DNA of 63,991 nucleotides, counting the filler, from Barthelona sp. PAP020 (lineage: Eukaryota): assembly GCA_040182905.1 (NCBI GenBank). It is 14 parts of 14 records of this genome, joined end to end, with 100 filler letters (N's around TTAATTAATTAA, not from the genome) between each part and the next. Parts side by side here need not be neighbours in the genome. Positions count along the whole stretch, not along the records: positions 9,595 to 14,257 come from JARQWU010000655.1; positions 14,358 to 19,011 come from JARQWU010000656.1; positions 19,112 to 23,760 come from JARQWU010000657.1; 11 more parts are not named here. One strand, written 5' to 3'. The notes below the pieces were generated by a model. It made no database searches. It was not told the DNA's origin and saw only the letters and a list, made by a program, of their open reading frames with translations. The position numbers and the translations under genes were made by a program. Shown here piece by piece: positions 9,777-20,549 of this stretch. Numbering within the stretch: position 1 is the stretch's first letter; every line of letters begins with the position of its first letter.

Positions 9777-12119
9777 ATGACATCCATTGATGATAAACGA
9801 TTAAAAAGACCAATAAAAGATAATTATCATCAATGTTTCAATGATATTTTAGAAGAAAAAATGGAAATCTTTATCAACACAATTTTGGTAGAATTAATAG
9901 ATAGAAGAGATCAATTTTCAACAAAGAAAATTACAGAAGAGGTTCAAAATAAACTGGGATATTTTATTTCCAAGAGATTATCAAAAGCTTTATATCCAAC
10001 CACAACAACAAAAAATAACAACATAAAAGATATTGATGATTCCCTTGACACACCATTCAATAATAAAATAAATGTTAAGAAAAACCAAACGACAGTTTTA
10101 GAGTGTGAAACCCCTCATAAACCTGTTACAAAAAGTGAACGAGATTATGAGAACAATAAATATTCCCATACAAACTTGCAAAGTAGAAATACTTATGAAA
10201 TGCCAATACCTCAACTATCTTTGGAAGATGTGGGGGGTATAGATGATATTCAAGACACAATAAGGCTGATGTTTAACACGAAAAAACATATGAAGGATTT
10301 TTGTTTGAGTGGTGTCCGTGGTGCACTTCTTTATGGTCCCCAGGGGAGTGGCAAAACTCTGCTGGCTAATGCAATTGCTGGTGAGATGAAGTTTAGCTTT
10401 TTTCCCATCATATCACCAGAACTGATAACGGGTATTTCTGGAGGTACTGAAACCAATATACGTGCTGTTTTTTCTGAGGCTATTGCAAAAGCACCATCAC
10501 TAATTTTTTTCGACGATTTAGAAGCTATTGCTGGACATCGTGGTACTGCTGAAAAAGCTATGGGTGTTCGAATTGTTGCTCAGCTGTGTGCTTGTATTGA
10601 TTCAATTCCACCAGATGTTGATGTTTTTGTTTTGGGTGCCACCTCATTTCCTTCTTCTATTGATCAGTCTCTCAGATGTTCTGGAAGATTAGACAATGAG
10701 TTTTCGTTGAAAGTTCCCAATAAAAGGGAACGGGTTGATATTTTAAGAAAAAAAACGAAAGATTTGCCTGCCCACTCAAATATCGATTTTGAGTCTATTG
10801 CCAACTTAACGCCGGGGTTTGTTGGTGGTGATCTACAAGCGTTGTGTAATGTGGCAGGTAGTTTGGCTGTTAAAAGACTTGATTTGAATCAAGGCATTTG
10901 CCATGGTGGATATCTTGAAAGTGAAGGTTTTCAGGAAGAAACTAATGAAATGAATGTCCATCCATTATCAAACTCTGTGCAATCTCCAAAATTAAAGCAA
11001 TCTCCAAAAATTGAGAATATTGAAAACTTTAATCAACCAAGAATTATCAATATGAATGGAATAGCCCCGGGGAAGAAAATACCATCAGTTACAATTATAT
11101 ACGACTCTGATACAGAATCCGCCTCTGACTTTGAGGTCATTATACTGAATGAAAATGAAAACGAAAATGAAGAACCAAAGCAATTTGTCAATGAAGACAT
11201 TGAGAAGAAATTTCAAGTGACAATGACTGATTATTTAGAAGCTTTAAAACGAATTCAGCCTACTTTATTGAGAGAAGGATTTTCTCCTCCTACAAACATC
11301 ACATTTGATGATATTGGAGCCTTGAAAAAAGTTAAAAAACAGATTCACAATTCGATTTTACTGGCAATAAATCATTCAGAGATGTTTGAGTATTTTGATA
11401 CTCCTCCTTCCAATGGAATCTTGCTTTATGGTCCTCCTGGTTGTGGAAAAACTTTGTTAGCCAAGGCTGTGGCTTCACAATCAGGAGCAAACTTCATTTC
11501 TGTCAAGGGTCCTGAATTGCTTGATAAATTTGTTGGTGAATCTGAACGTGCTGTGAGGGATTTGTTTGAGAGAGCTAAAACTGCTCAACCCTGCGTTATA
11601 TTCTTTGATGAGTTAGATGCTTTGGTACCAAAAAGAGGGAATAGTAACCATTCTGAGGTTACTGATCGTGTTGTCAACCAGTTTTTGACTATGTTAGATG
11701 GTTTAGATTCAAGAGGTTCTGTTTTTGTCATCGGAGCTACTAATAGACCATTATTAGTTGATAATGCATTATTGAGACCAGGCAGATTGGGGCAAAAAAT
11801 TTTTGTACCAATGCCTGATAGGAAAGACAGAGAATCAATACTCAAAACGCATTTAAAAAAGAAACCACAGAAGAATATTGATATCAAAAAAATTGCCAGA
11901 TTGACTGAAGGTTTTTCAGGTGCAGATATTCAGCATTTAGTCAGAGAAGCAATCACTATTACAATTGTAAAACATAAAGATAAATTTATTGCTAAAAGAC
12001 CAGTTTTAAAACAAAAGAGTTTCGATAAAGCTTTGAAGAAAATACACCCATCAGTTGATCCCGAAATAGTAAAGAAATATGATGAAATCAGATTGATTTT
12101 GGATCAGATAGATAGATAG
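9777..12119 (+). CDS. NVL: NVL/Rix7-like double AAA ATPase (ribosome biogenesis)
   Basis: Two AAA modules ([16 protein letters not shown]); [32 protein letters not shown]. Confidence 0.85.
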   Translation: MTSIDDKRLKRPIKDNYHQCFNDILEEKMEIFINTILVELIDRRDQFSTKKITEEVQNKLGYFISKRLSKALYPTTTTKNNNIKDIDDSLDTPFNNKINVKKNQTTVLECETPHKPVTKSERDYENNKYSHTNLQSRNTYEMPIPQLSLEDVGGIDDIQDTIRLMFNTKKHMKDFCLSGVRGALLYGPQGSGKTLLANAIAGEMKFSFFPIISPELITGISGGTETNIRAVFSEAIAKAPSLIFFDDLEAIAGHRGTAEKAMGVRIVAQLCACIDSIPPDVDVFVLGATSFPSSIDQSLRCSGRLDNEFSLKVPNKRERVDILRKKTKDLPAHSNIDFESIANLTPGFVGGDLQALCNVAGSLAVKRLDLNQGICHGGYLESEGFQEETNEMNVHPLSNSVQSPKLKQSPKIENIENFNQPRIINMNGIAPGKKIPSVTIIYDSDTESASDFEVIILNENENENEEPKQFVNEDIEKKFQVTMTDYLEALKRIQPTLLREGFSPPTNITFDDIGALKKVKKQIHNSILLAINHSEMFEYFDTPPSNGILLYGPPGCGKTLLAKAVASQSGANFISVKGPELLDKFVGESERAVRDLFERAKTAQPCVIFFDELDALVPKRGNSNHSEVTDRVVNQFLTMLDGLDSRGSVFVIGATNRPLLVDNALLRPGRLGQKIFVPMPDRKDRESILKTHLKKKPQKNIDIKKIARLTEGFSGADIQHLVREAITITIVKHKDKFIAKRPVLKQKSFDKALKKIHPSVDPEIVKKYDEIRLILDQIDR

Positions 12120-12470
12120 AACTCGAATAAATTTTTTTCATTTTTTTTCTGCATTTCATGTGAAGATTTGGCAAAAATATTCAATGCAGCAAAGATGGAA
12201 AGTGTTTAGTAAACCCAAACGTTTAGGGCTAAAAAACCATTTAAAGAATTATAAAAAACAACACATGAGTAAAAACTGCGAAGATTCTCTTCTTTTTGAA
12301 ACAAGAATCAGAAATGTTTCCAATGCTTGTTGAAATGATTTTTTTCTTTTCTTGTTTGAACATTTACATATGAAATGTCAAACATTAAATTGTTTTTAAT
12401 ATATTTATGTTTAACAATTATCTAATATTAAAGACATATAATATGCACTCATGAAAAAACAGATTCTTTT

Positions 12471-13685
12471 TTGGATATTAATAATATCGATGCTATAGAC
12501 AATACAGAGGAGAATATTTATTTGTTATTTCGTAAAAATGAAAATAAATGGCAAATATCAGACAAAAATCAAACGATTTTGATTGAAGAATGTACAACAT
12601 TTAATATTTTGAGAGTTCATTCAAAACAATGTCAATGTACACAATACACAAAAGGATTGATTGATATTCAATGTTTAGATCAATTAACAACAGATTTTAA
12701 AAAGTTGGAAATTAAGGATGATCCTTTTAATTGGAATCTCGTTGATTTTAACGATAATTCTTTTAAATTGAACAGGGACTCATTGATTAAAGTGAATCCA
12801 AAATTGATATTCTTTCCCAATGTGGAGTCGTTAATTTTACCTCCTTTTTGTATAAATGATCAACGCAATGTTGTTCTTTGCATAGGTATAAGTGAACAAA
12901 AACAAATGAGCATTCCTTTGAAGCTAATAAGTGAAAAATCATTTATTGATGAACGAACCTTAATTTTAGAGCTTGAAGCTGATAATAAAATGCCAGTAAG
13001 ATCAAATATTCCCTTTCATTTGAAAGAATATTTTAATATGGAGAAAATGATTTTTCGAAAAAATGCAGGCAAAAAGAAATTATTTTTTCCTCGATTTGAA
13101 ATCATCAAATCTTTTGACACATTCAAATTTATTATTCCCAGGAATGGGATAGGCAATCATTGTTTTACCATTTCCTTTGATCAAACAAAGATTGATTATT
13201 TTCAAATTGAACATAATTTTTTCTTCTATGAATTATTGGATAAACTTCAAAAATTGATGTTTTCAAATACAAAATCCTTATTGATGTATGTCAATTACAA
13301 TGCCAATTTCAAGTTTTTAAATTTTGAATTTTATGAGATTTCACCGTTGATAACCACAGATATAATTGATAAATTGTATGAATTGAGTGAACAAACTGTA
13401 GAACATGAGTTTATTCTTCCAATGACTGATGATGAGAAAAAACAAACTTTTCAAATTATTAAATATTTTGAAAGTCATCAAACGTTACAATTTATTTTTA
13501 AACAAGATAGAAACCTCCCTCGTAACATTGGACGGTTTTTGAAATCGTACGATATGGTAGATCCTCAATATATGAATCCTTTTAAGATTTATCTGAGTGA
13601 AACCCAAATAAATGATGAAATAATGATGATCAATGCTCTGTTTTTTGATAATAAAGATTATAAGCGAATTCCAAAATATTCATAA
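12471..13685 (+). CDS. Hypothetical protein
   Basis: 404-aa open frame without an early ATG. Possible first exon 12375-12391 with intron 12392-12433 (GTTTTT...TCTAATATTAAAG) would give an in-frame start. Confidence 0.6.
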   Translation: MDINNIDAIDNTEENIYLLFRKNENKWQISDKNQTILIEECTTFNILRVHSKQCQCTQYTKGLIDIQCLDQLTTDFKKLEIKDDPFNWNLVDFNDNSFKLNRDSLIKVNPKLIFFPNVESLILPPFCINDQRNVVLCIGISEQKQMSIPLKLISEKSFIDERTLILELEADNKMPVRSNIPFHLKEYFNMEKMIFRKNAGKKKLFFPRFEIIKSFDTFKFIIPRNGIGNHCFTISFDQTKIDYFQIEHNFFFYELLDKLQKLMFSNTKSLLMYVNYNANFKFLNFEFYEISPLITTDIIDKLYELSEQTVEHEFILPMTDDEKKQTFQIIKYFESHQTLQFIFKQDRNLPRNIGRFLKSYDMVDPQYMNPFKIYLSETQINDEIMMINALFFDNKDYKRIPKYS

Positions 13686-14357
13686 TTTTCTCTCTATCGC
13701 ACTCACTCAATACATAAATTATTTATGTCAAATTATTTTCCATAAAGTAACTTCATTGTCATTTGATTTTTTGTTGTTGTTGCTGTTTCACCAAATTTAT
13801 TAATCTATATGAAAGCATGAAAAACGCATCTTTTTTCATGAAATGAAATTATAGGAGTCCTTTTCTTGTGAAATCTTAAACAAAAAAAGATGAGTGTTCT
13901 TCACAAGCCAATTATTTTTGGCGAATTGAAATTTTCCGATTAATCCTTTTTCCCTCAAGGTACGCAACTTTTCCTTAACCCACCCCCAAAATTTTGACCT
14001 GTCACGGTGAATGCATGAAAACTTCCACAATTAGGATAAATTTTAAAAAATATCGGAGCTTTAAGCTCTTTTGAGCAATTATTAATGCTATATTTTACAC
14101 CCCGCATATGGCTTAGTTCTCCTATGACAGCCTATGGTCTCAAAAAAGAGAGGTTCCTTTCAGGAACGCTGGACCCCCCGAAAAGAATAAAGATAAAGGT
14201 TTATTATTTGTTAGTACCTGAGGCACCAGTTCTCAATTGTGGAAAGTTTTGGAAACANNNNNNNNNNNNNNNNNNNNNNNNNNNNNNNNNNNNNNNNNNN
14301 NTTAATTAATTAANNNNNNNNNNNNNNNNNNNNNNNNNNNNNNNNNNNNNNNNNNNN

Positions 14358-14544
14358 AAACTAAAATCTTATCCATACCAAATGGTCCTAATGTTGAGCT
14401 AACAAGATCAGATACAGCTGTTGCACCAACGAAATTTTGCTATTTGTTAGAGAAGTTAATATTTGATAATACAATACGAGCAGTAGCCCCCTTATCCTCC
14501 TGTGCGTTTTGTTTGAGAATATTAAGACTTTGTAAACCAGACAT
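14358..14544 (-). CDS. CCT2: Chaperonin CCT beta subunit, N-terminus (3' truncated; intron 14440-14472)
   Basis: Spliced translation MSGLQSLNILKQNAQEDKGATARI/QNFVGATAVSDLVSSTLGPFGMDKILV; absent from the ORF track. Confidence 0.88.
14440..14472 (-). other. Spliceosomal intron, 33 nt
   Basis: GTATTA...TCTAACAAATAG; its terminal TAG is an in-frame stop if retained. Confidence 0.88.
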
Positions 14545-14687
14545 GTTGTGACAAAAAGAATAAATAATCGCCAACTTTTTTTTTTTATCTCTAATGTTTT
14601 AATAAAGAGACTTTTGTTGTTATTAAGTAATTTAGTCAACCCTTTCATAAACAAAAATTTCTTTAAACAAATATTTAATATTTTTCA

Positions 14688-15809
14688 ATGACCAGTGTTC
14701 ACGAAATTGATACAGAAGCACAAAAAAACCTTCGACACCAAGCTGAGCAACATGAAGAAAATGGACAAAAAGCATTAAAGACAGGAATATTTAAATGGTC
14801 TGAAGATCATGATACTGCTGCTTTTGAATATTCCAAAGCAGCAGATATTTATAATAGATTAAATGATTGGGAAAAATTAATGGAAACAAGTGTTTTAGCG
14901 GCACAATCGAATGAAAAATTAAATTTGTCAGGGATGGCAGGAAAATATTACACTTTGGGTGGGAAAGCAGCATCCATGTTGAAACAAAAAGAACAAGCTT
15001 TGGAATATTTTGATAAAAGTGTTTCATGTATCATTCAGTTGGATCAACCTGATCGTTTGTTACATATATTTTTTGATCGTTTGATTATTATCAGTTCATT
15101 AAATGATAATGATATTTTTAATGCAGAAGTTGACAAGATGTTTTCTTTTATTATGGAAAAGAGATCATTGAAAAGAAGAATTGGCGATTTTGGTTGGGAA
15201 ATTGTTGAAAAATTGCTGGAAAAAGAAATGTGGGATGAAACTATTTTATTTATTGACCGTCTTGCAAGAGCTAGAATTGAAGTTGGAACAAATCCTGATT
15301 TGATTTTTAAAGAAAAAGCTACTGTTGTGTTAATAGAATTATATTGTTATAATGTTGAAATGGCTAATCATTGGTTGAGTCAATATATGAAAGATGATCG
15401 TTTCTGTAAATCTTACGTTTGCACCAGCTTAATGAGTATTATAACTGGATATTCTTCTGGTGACGGTGAAAGTATTAAAAAGGCTTTGCAAGAACCTGAA
15501 ATAAAAAGTTTACATCCTAAAATTTACCGTATGGCTCATGAATTACCTCAAAGAATGGAAAATGAGGAAGACGAACTATTAGGAACGACAAAGGCACCGC
15601 TAACTTCAACGTTGTTCAATGAAACGGAAATGAAGGCTCTTGTTGATGAAGAGGATGATGCTCAAAGAGCTTTATTGTTTGGTGTTTCTCAAACCAAACA
15701 AACAGAAGTTGAAGAAATTCTTGATTCTGATAAAAATCATGTTGAAAAGCAAGATTTCCAGAATATAAAAGATTTAGACAATGTTTTTGATGATGATGAT
15801 ATTTTGTAA
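14688..15809 (+). CDS. Gamma-SNAP-like protein
   Basis: KALKTGIFKWSEDHDTAAFEYSKAA matches the gamma-SNAP N-terminus; TPR-like helices; acidic DDDDIL C-terminus. Confidence 0.8.
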   Translation: MTSVHEIDTEAQKNLRHQAEQHEENGQKALKTGIFKWSEDHDTAAFEYSKAADIYNRLNDWEKLMETSVLAAQSNEKLNLSGMAGKYYTLGGKAASMLKQKEQALEYFDKSVSCIIQLDQPDRLLHIFFDRLIIISSLNDNDIFNAEVDKMFSFIMEKRSLKRRIGDFGWEIVEKLLEKEMWDETILFIDRLARARIEVGTNPDLIFKEKATVVLIELYCYNVEMANHWLSQYMKDDRFCKSYVCTSLMSIITGYSSGDGESIKKALQEPEIKSLHPKIYRMAHELPQRMENEEDELLGTTKAPLTSTLFNETEMKALVDEEDDAQRALLFGVSQTKQTEVEEILDSDKNHVEKQDFQNIKDLDNVFDDDDIL

Positions 15810-16566
15810 ATGTTTCTCTTTTTTTATTTGAATCTTAATTTCAGGTCCACAATTCAAAAAAAACGATAAAAAAAATGTTTGAAAGAAGGCTTGTAATTGT
15901 GTTACAATTTTCGAGTTTTGATTCTTCCTGACAGAATTTTGAAGAAATCCAGACACATTTTTTTTTTTTTTTTAAATATTTCTTTCCAGAACCCATTTGT
16001 TTTACATGTCTATTTTTTACTCAGTTGTTATATGACACAAATATAAAGAAAAAATGAAAATTTAATTTTTGTTTTCTGAGATTCGAATTATTTAGAACAA
16101 ACAAAAAAATTTTTCAAAAACTTTTTTTACAGTTTAGTAGTGGCATTTATTATAATGATTTGTGGTAGATATCTTGATATATTTTCAAAAAAGGAAAAAT
16201 CTAAAAAAAACAAATACTTGGTTCAGCAAAAAAGAAACAAAGATGAATTGAGGAGGAATTCTAGTGATCAATTTCTTGCATCTAAAGCATTGAAAGGTTT
16301 ATATTAATCATTTTTAACCCTCATTTAATTTAGGTAGTTTGTATTTGTATTTCTCTTTTTTGACATTTTTTTGTTTATAATTACTTTTATGTATGATTTG
16401 GTTTATATATATTTCTTTTGTACGTACCTATTTGTAAATTTCTCTTCTGTTTTTTATTGAACTTTTTCCATTTTTCAAAAAGAACGTATTTTCTTTATGA
16501 ACTTTCATGCAAAAATAATAAAGAAAACATATTTTACTTCACATATATTTTTTTTTGATTATAACA

Positions 16567-18732
16567 TCATAAAATAAAGCAACAACCACTTTCATCTTCA
16601 TCATAAGGTATGGGAGGAGGATCAATATCTTCAAAAATGTCACTATTAAACCCTTCACCATTGTTATGTAAAGAATTCGGCAAAGCAGGACTTGAATAGA
16701 CTTCAGCAACGTCCATCAATTCTCTACATTCAGCATCATTACAAACTAATTGTCTAAAAATACAAGTAACTGTTGATTTTTTCAATAATAAAGCTAAATC
16801 ACCAGTATAATCCATGAAATTCTCTTTAGTAAATCTCATTTCTTTCAAAGTCGAATATTTTGCGAGAAACCCAATCCAATGAATTGCACCTTTGACCAAA
16901 TTTGTGTCAGAAAACGATAATATATCAAAACATTCTAAATAGTAAACCAATTCAAAAATTGGAACAAACATGTCACCAACCATAAAATTAACATTAATTT
17001 CATTATTTGTCAGCATTGAATCAAACAATCTGTTCCAATGAATATCATTTTCTTCTCCTGTCAACAATTTTCTTAATTTCCTTACTGAATGCCAACTTTT
17101 TAAATTATTCCGCCAATTTTCAGTATTTAAATCCAAAAAAATTATTCCTACTTCATTTGCCCTCAATAAAACATCAATTGGTTTAATGACATCTTTTTTT
17201 GCAGAATTCCACAATTTCCAAAACTGATTCTTACTCTGAACATTTTCAATACACCGTATTCCTAACTCATTTGTTGGCATATTTTTCAAACAAAAATCAC
17301 AAACAAATTTAATTTTAACAAAATCAAAAGGATGAATCTGTTGGGTTAAAAATGGTAACTCAAATAAATCAATTTCTGTTAAACTATCAACAGACAACAA
17401 AACAAAAGGATATTCAACAACTAATTCGATCATTAATTCATCCCATTCACTAAAAACTAAAGGTATCATACTCAATAACCAATCTCTGTATTCATCTCTG
17501 GTTAAAGGTAAATGTTTGTTAATATTGTGATGTAATCCAATCATTTCATTTAAATTTGAGCGCAAAAAATCAATGATATACCAAGAACAAAGCATCATTT
17601 CATCAATATGGTTCTTTTCTTCAACCAATTTTTGATTTACTTTTGTTGTTGGTTTGTAGAGTTTTTTTTGTGTGGTGGAAACTTTCATTTTTAAACTGTC
17701 TATGTCTGTAACTTCATAATTAGGCATTATCCTAGGGATGAGAACAAATGGATGAGGTCCTTGAGTATGTTCCAACATCATATTCGTTTCCGCAATGGAA
17801 TTAATTTCAATACTCAAATTTTGAAACAAACTGAAAGTCAACAGAATAGAACTAGGAATAAAACAGGAGCTAAAAGTTATTTTTTCAATTGATGATTTTT
17901 TTGAAGTAATTTGAGCTTCAGATATAATTTTCCACCCACTTTCTTCAACATTACATTCAATAAATTCAAGTTCAATCAAATTACTTTCATGCAAAAGCAT
18001 TAAGGCTGTAGATTGAGCAACATCACTATTAATGATAAATTTTCTAAGAATCAGTTTCTTTGGGCTGTCAAAAAAAACAATTAAATGACTCAATGCATTT
18101 AATGTTTCTCTATTCAAAGGCCCTTCCATTGTAAATTCAAAATCACCAAAATTATTGAATACTTCAATATCACAATGTGAAAAAATTACACTGCACCCAT
18201 AATCATATAATGAATGTAAGATATCATTGCAATTTAAACCAAAATAATTGTATCCAACTAAAAATTCAAAGAAATCAATTTCTGCATCTCTATTTAAATC
18301 AAATTTTCGAAAAAACAATTTCACAATCTCTTTGATTTCCAAATTATTAACAATTTCAGGATATTGTCGAATGAAAAATTCAGCACAACTTTCCAAAGAG
18401 ATTACAGGTTCTTCTTCCAAGCCATCTGTCTGCTCATTTTCATTGCTCGTGATTATGGCAGATGACATTAACGAACGTTCTTTACACATTAGTATAAATA
18501 TTTTTTCATAATCTTCAATAAACAATTGAAGATCTTCAAAATCGAAATTAAAACAATTAATATTAATATGTTTAAGATGTTCTTCTGTTAAAGATATGGA
18601 ATAATCAGTTTCGTTTGCCAAATAAAAAACAAATTTTGAAAATAATTCACTTAATAAATGGGAAGATAATTCAATCTCCAAAGTACTAGCTATATTCTTA
18701 AATGTACAATTTAATAACTTCTCATATTTCAT
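16567..18732 (-). CDS. EF-hand-containing protein with C-terminal CaaX motif
   Basis: FRKFDLNRDAEIDFFEFL EF-hand; LRR-like stretch; ends in SGCCFIL. First ATG at 18732. Confidence 0.65.
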   Translation of the reverse strand: MKYEKLLNCTFKNIASTLEIELSSHLLSELFSKFVFYLANETDYSISLTEEHLKHININCFNFDFEDLQLFIEDYEKIFILMCKERSLMSSAIITSNENEQTDGLEEEPVISLESCAEFFIRQYPEIVNNLEIKEIVKLFFRKFDLNRDAEIDFFEFLVGYNYFGLNCNDILHSLYDYGCSVIFSHCDIEVFNNFGDFEFTMEGPLNRETLNALSHLIVFFDSPKKLILRKFIINSDVAQSTALMLLHESNLIELEFIECNVEESGWKIISEAQITSKKSSIEKITFSSCFIPSSILLTFSLFQNLSIEINSIAETNMMLEHTQGPHPFVLIPRIMPNYEVTDIDSLKMKVSTTQKKLYKPTTKVNQKLVEEKNHIDEMMLCSWYIIDFLRSNLNEMIGLHHNINKHLPLTRDEYRDWLLSMIPLVFSEWDELMIELVVEYPFVLLSVDSLTEIDLFELPFLTQQIHPFDFVKIKFVCDFCLKNMPTNELGIRCIENVQSKNQFWKLWNSAKKDVIKPIDVLLRANEVGIIFLDLNTENWRNNLKSWHSVRKLRKLLTGEENDIHWNRLFDSMLTNNEINVNFMVGDMFVPIFELVYYLECFDILSFSDTNLVKGAIHWIGFLAKYSTLKEMRFTKENFMDYTGDLALLLKKSTVTCIFRQLVCNDAECRELMDVAEVYSSPALPNSLHNNGEGFNSDIFEDIDPPPIPYDEDESGCCFIL

Positions 18733-18771
18733 ATTATCATCTTCAAAATCAAAAAAAAAAATCCCCAAATT

Positions 18772-19011
18772 TTATTTTTTATTCAAACTAAATTTCAAAG
18801 GTTTCTTTTCACTTTTATCATCTTTAGCTGATTCATTACTATCAGTTTTGGTTTTATTTCCACCAAGCTTAAGAGTTGAATTGCTTTTATTGCTAATTGA
18901 TAGTGTGGTTTTTTTTTCTTTATTTCCAAGTAAGCTTGTTGTTTTTCCTTTATTTCCAAGTATACTCGTTTTTTTCTTTTCTTCTTCTTTCTTTTTTTCA
19001 CCCAATATTTC
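18772..19011 (-). CDS. Lys-rich C-terminal fragment of an unknown protein (5' truncated)
   Basis: Open to the contig edge, with short repeats KTSILGNK / KTTSLLGNK / TLKLGGNK. Confidence 0.5.
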   Translation of the reverse strand, partial: EILGEKKKEEEKKKTSILGNKGKTTSLLGNKEKKTTLSISNKSNSTLKLGGNKTKTDSNESAKDDKSEKKPLKFSLNKK

Positions 19012-19388
19012 NNNNNNNNNNNNNNNNNNNNNNNNNNNNNNNNNNNNNNNNNNNNTTAATTAATTAANNNNNNNNNNNNNNNNNNNNNNNNNNNNNNNNN
19101 NNNNNNNNNNNGGGCATTCAGTTCACGAACTAAACTCAGATCAGGAATTGACAAACACTAACTAGCCAACCTTCTCATCCTATAATCCTTGTAAAAGCTT
19201 TTATAATCATTTTCTGTTTTGCATCATGAATTGAAACCTGTACGAGTTGGATATGTTCAGATGTTGAAAATTTCGCTGTACCAGCTCAAAATTTCCTTAA
19301 TCAAATTTTCTATCCAAAGTTATTGAAGTCATTTCGTTTTTTTTTTAGGGATTCAATATCGTCCAATCTTTCAATCAGAACTAAGTCA

Positions 19389-19562
19389 TTTCAAACAGCC
19401 AGGATTCAAAATTCAAGGCTTTCCCAACTACTCATTTCAATAACACACCGTATATAAAAGCTTTCGTATACCTTTTCTTGTACCTAACGTGAAATCGTCC
19501 AATGTGAATTGTCTTGTCAATGAATTGTCATTAGAAAATCGTTAGATCCAGACTCGATCCTC
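19389..19562 (-). mobile_element. Putative tRNA-downstream repeat element, copy 1 (may extend to 19112)
   Basis: Starts GAGGATCGAGTCT 26 nt 3' of tRNA-Ser. 19389-19495 equals 37878-37983 apart from one indel. Confidence 0.6.
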
Positions 19563-19588
19563 TTACCTATGGAAAAGATTTGAATAAT

Positions 19589-19672
19589 CGGTGTCAAGGA
19601 GATTCGAACTCCTGCGCCCGCAAGGGCATATGATTTCTAATCATACGTCTTAACCAACTCGACCATGACACC
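19589..19672 (-). tRNA. tRNA-Ser(AGA)
   Basis: Acceptor GGTGTCA/TGACACC with discriminator G; anticodon arm TATGA-TTAGAAA-TCATA; long variable arm GCCC-TTGC-GGGC; T arm AGGAG-TTCGAAT-CTCCT. Confidence 0.95.
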
Positions 19673-20549
19673 TTGTGAAAAAGTAAAATTCAATATATTT
19701 GTTATTGAAAGTTGTGATGGAAGATTTAATTATGCAGTCAAAGAAACATTAGTTCTATAAATTAATAAGAAAAAACATTATTGATTTAATAATTAATTAA
19801 AAACTTTAAAAGTTGAGTCACCATTTAATATTTCAATTTGTTGGGTGTGAACTTTTTCTAATAAAGAATGGAACAACTCTTGAAAGAAAAACTTTTCACA
19901 ATTTTGAAATAATTTATCATCAAAGTTAAATTCTAGCCCTCTAAATCCTTTTATAAGCGTTTCCTAAAATATGATGAATCAATTTCTTTCTTTAAGTTTC
20001 TCTCCAAACAAATAGACTTTTTACACAAATGGAACCTTTACCGTTTATTCACTGATATTCTTTCACAATTAATCATGATTGAAAAGATGAAACACAGAAA
20101 ACAGGGAAGCATTTTTTCTGTACATTCAATTAATCTGCCTGTGAAACCGCACACATGTTTTTTTTATGAAGGTATACAGACGGAAAAACCCATTTGATAT
20201 AATTTCAACTGCTGAAAATGATTGATTGCAAAATAGTTAAGTTTGGAAAATAATAATTTAAACACTCCTAACACATCTTTAATATTTCCAGCCTGTAAAA
20301 CAGGTGAATCTATCCCTATTGTCCTCTAATTTTCTTGTATCCAATGGTAATAAGAGTGAAATGGTGATAAGAACAAAATAAGGAACTTTACAAAATGAGG
20401 GTCACATAAGATACAATAACTTCGGTTGGGGGACAAAATCAAGCCCGTTATTTATTCCAACTATTAACAATAAGAAACTTGTTAAAATTATGGGTGTTAT
20501 GTGATAAGCTATAATGTAATAGAGTTGAATAGAAACATACCAGAATTTG

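Noticed and set aside
13836..14257. Slightly GC-richer non-coding contig end with short ORFs
   Set aside because: Could be a repeat end, but I found no second copy, terminal repeat or protein motif in this window.
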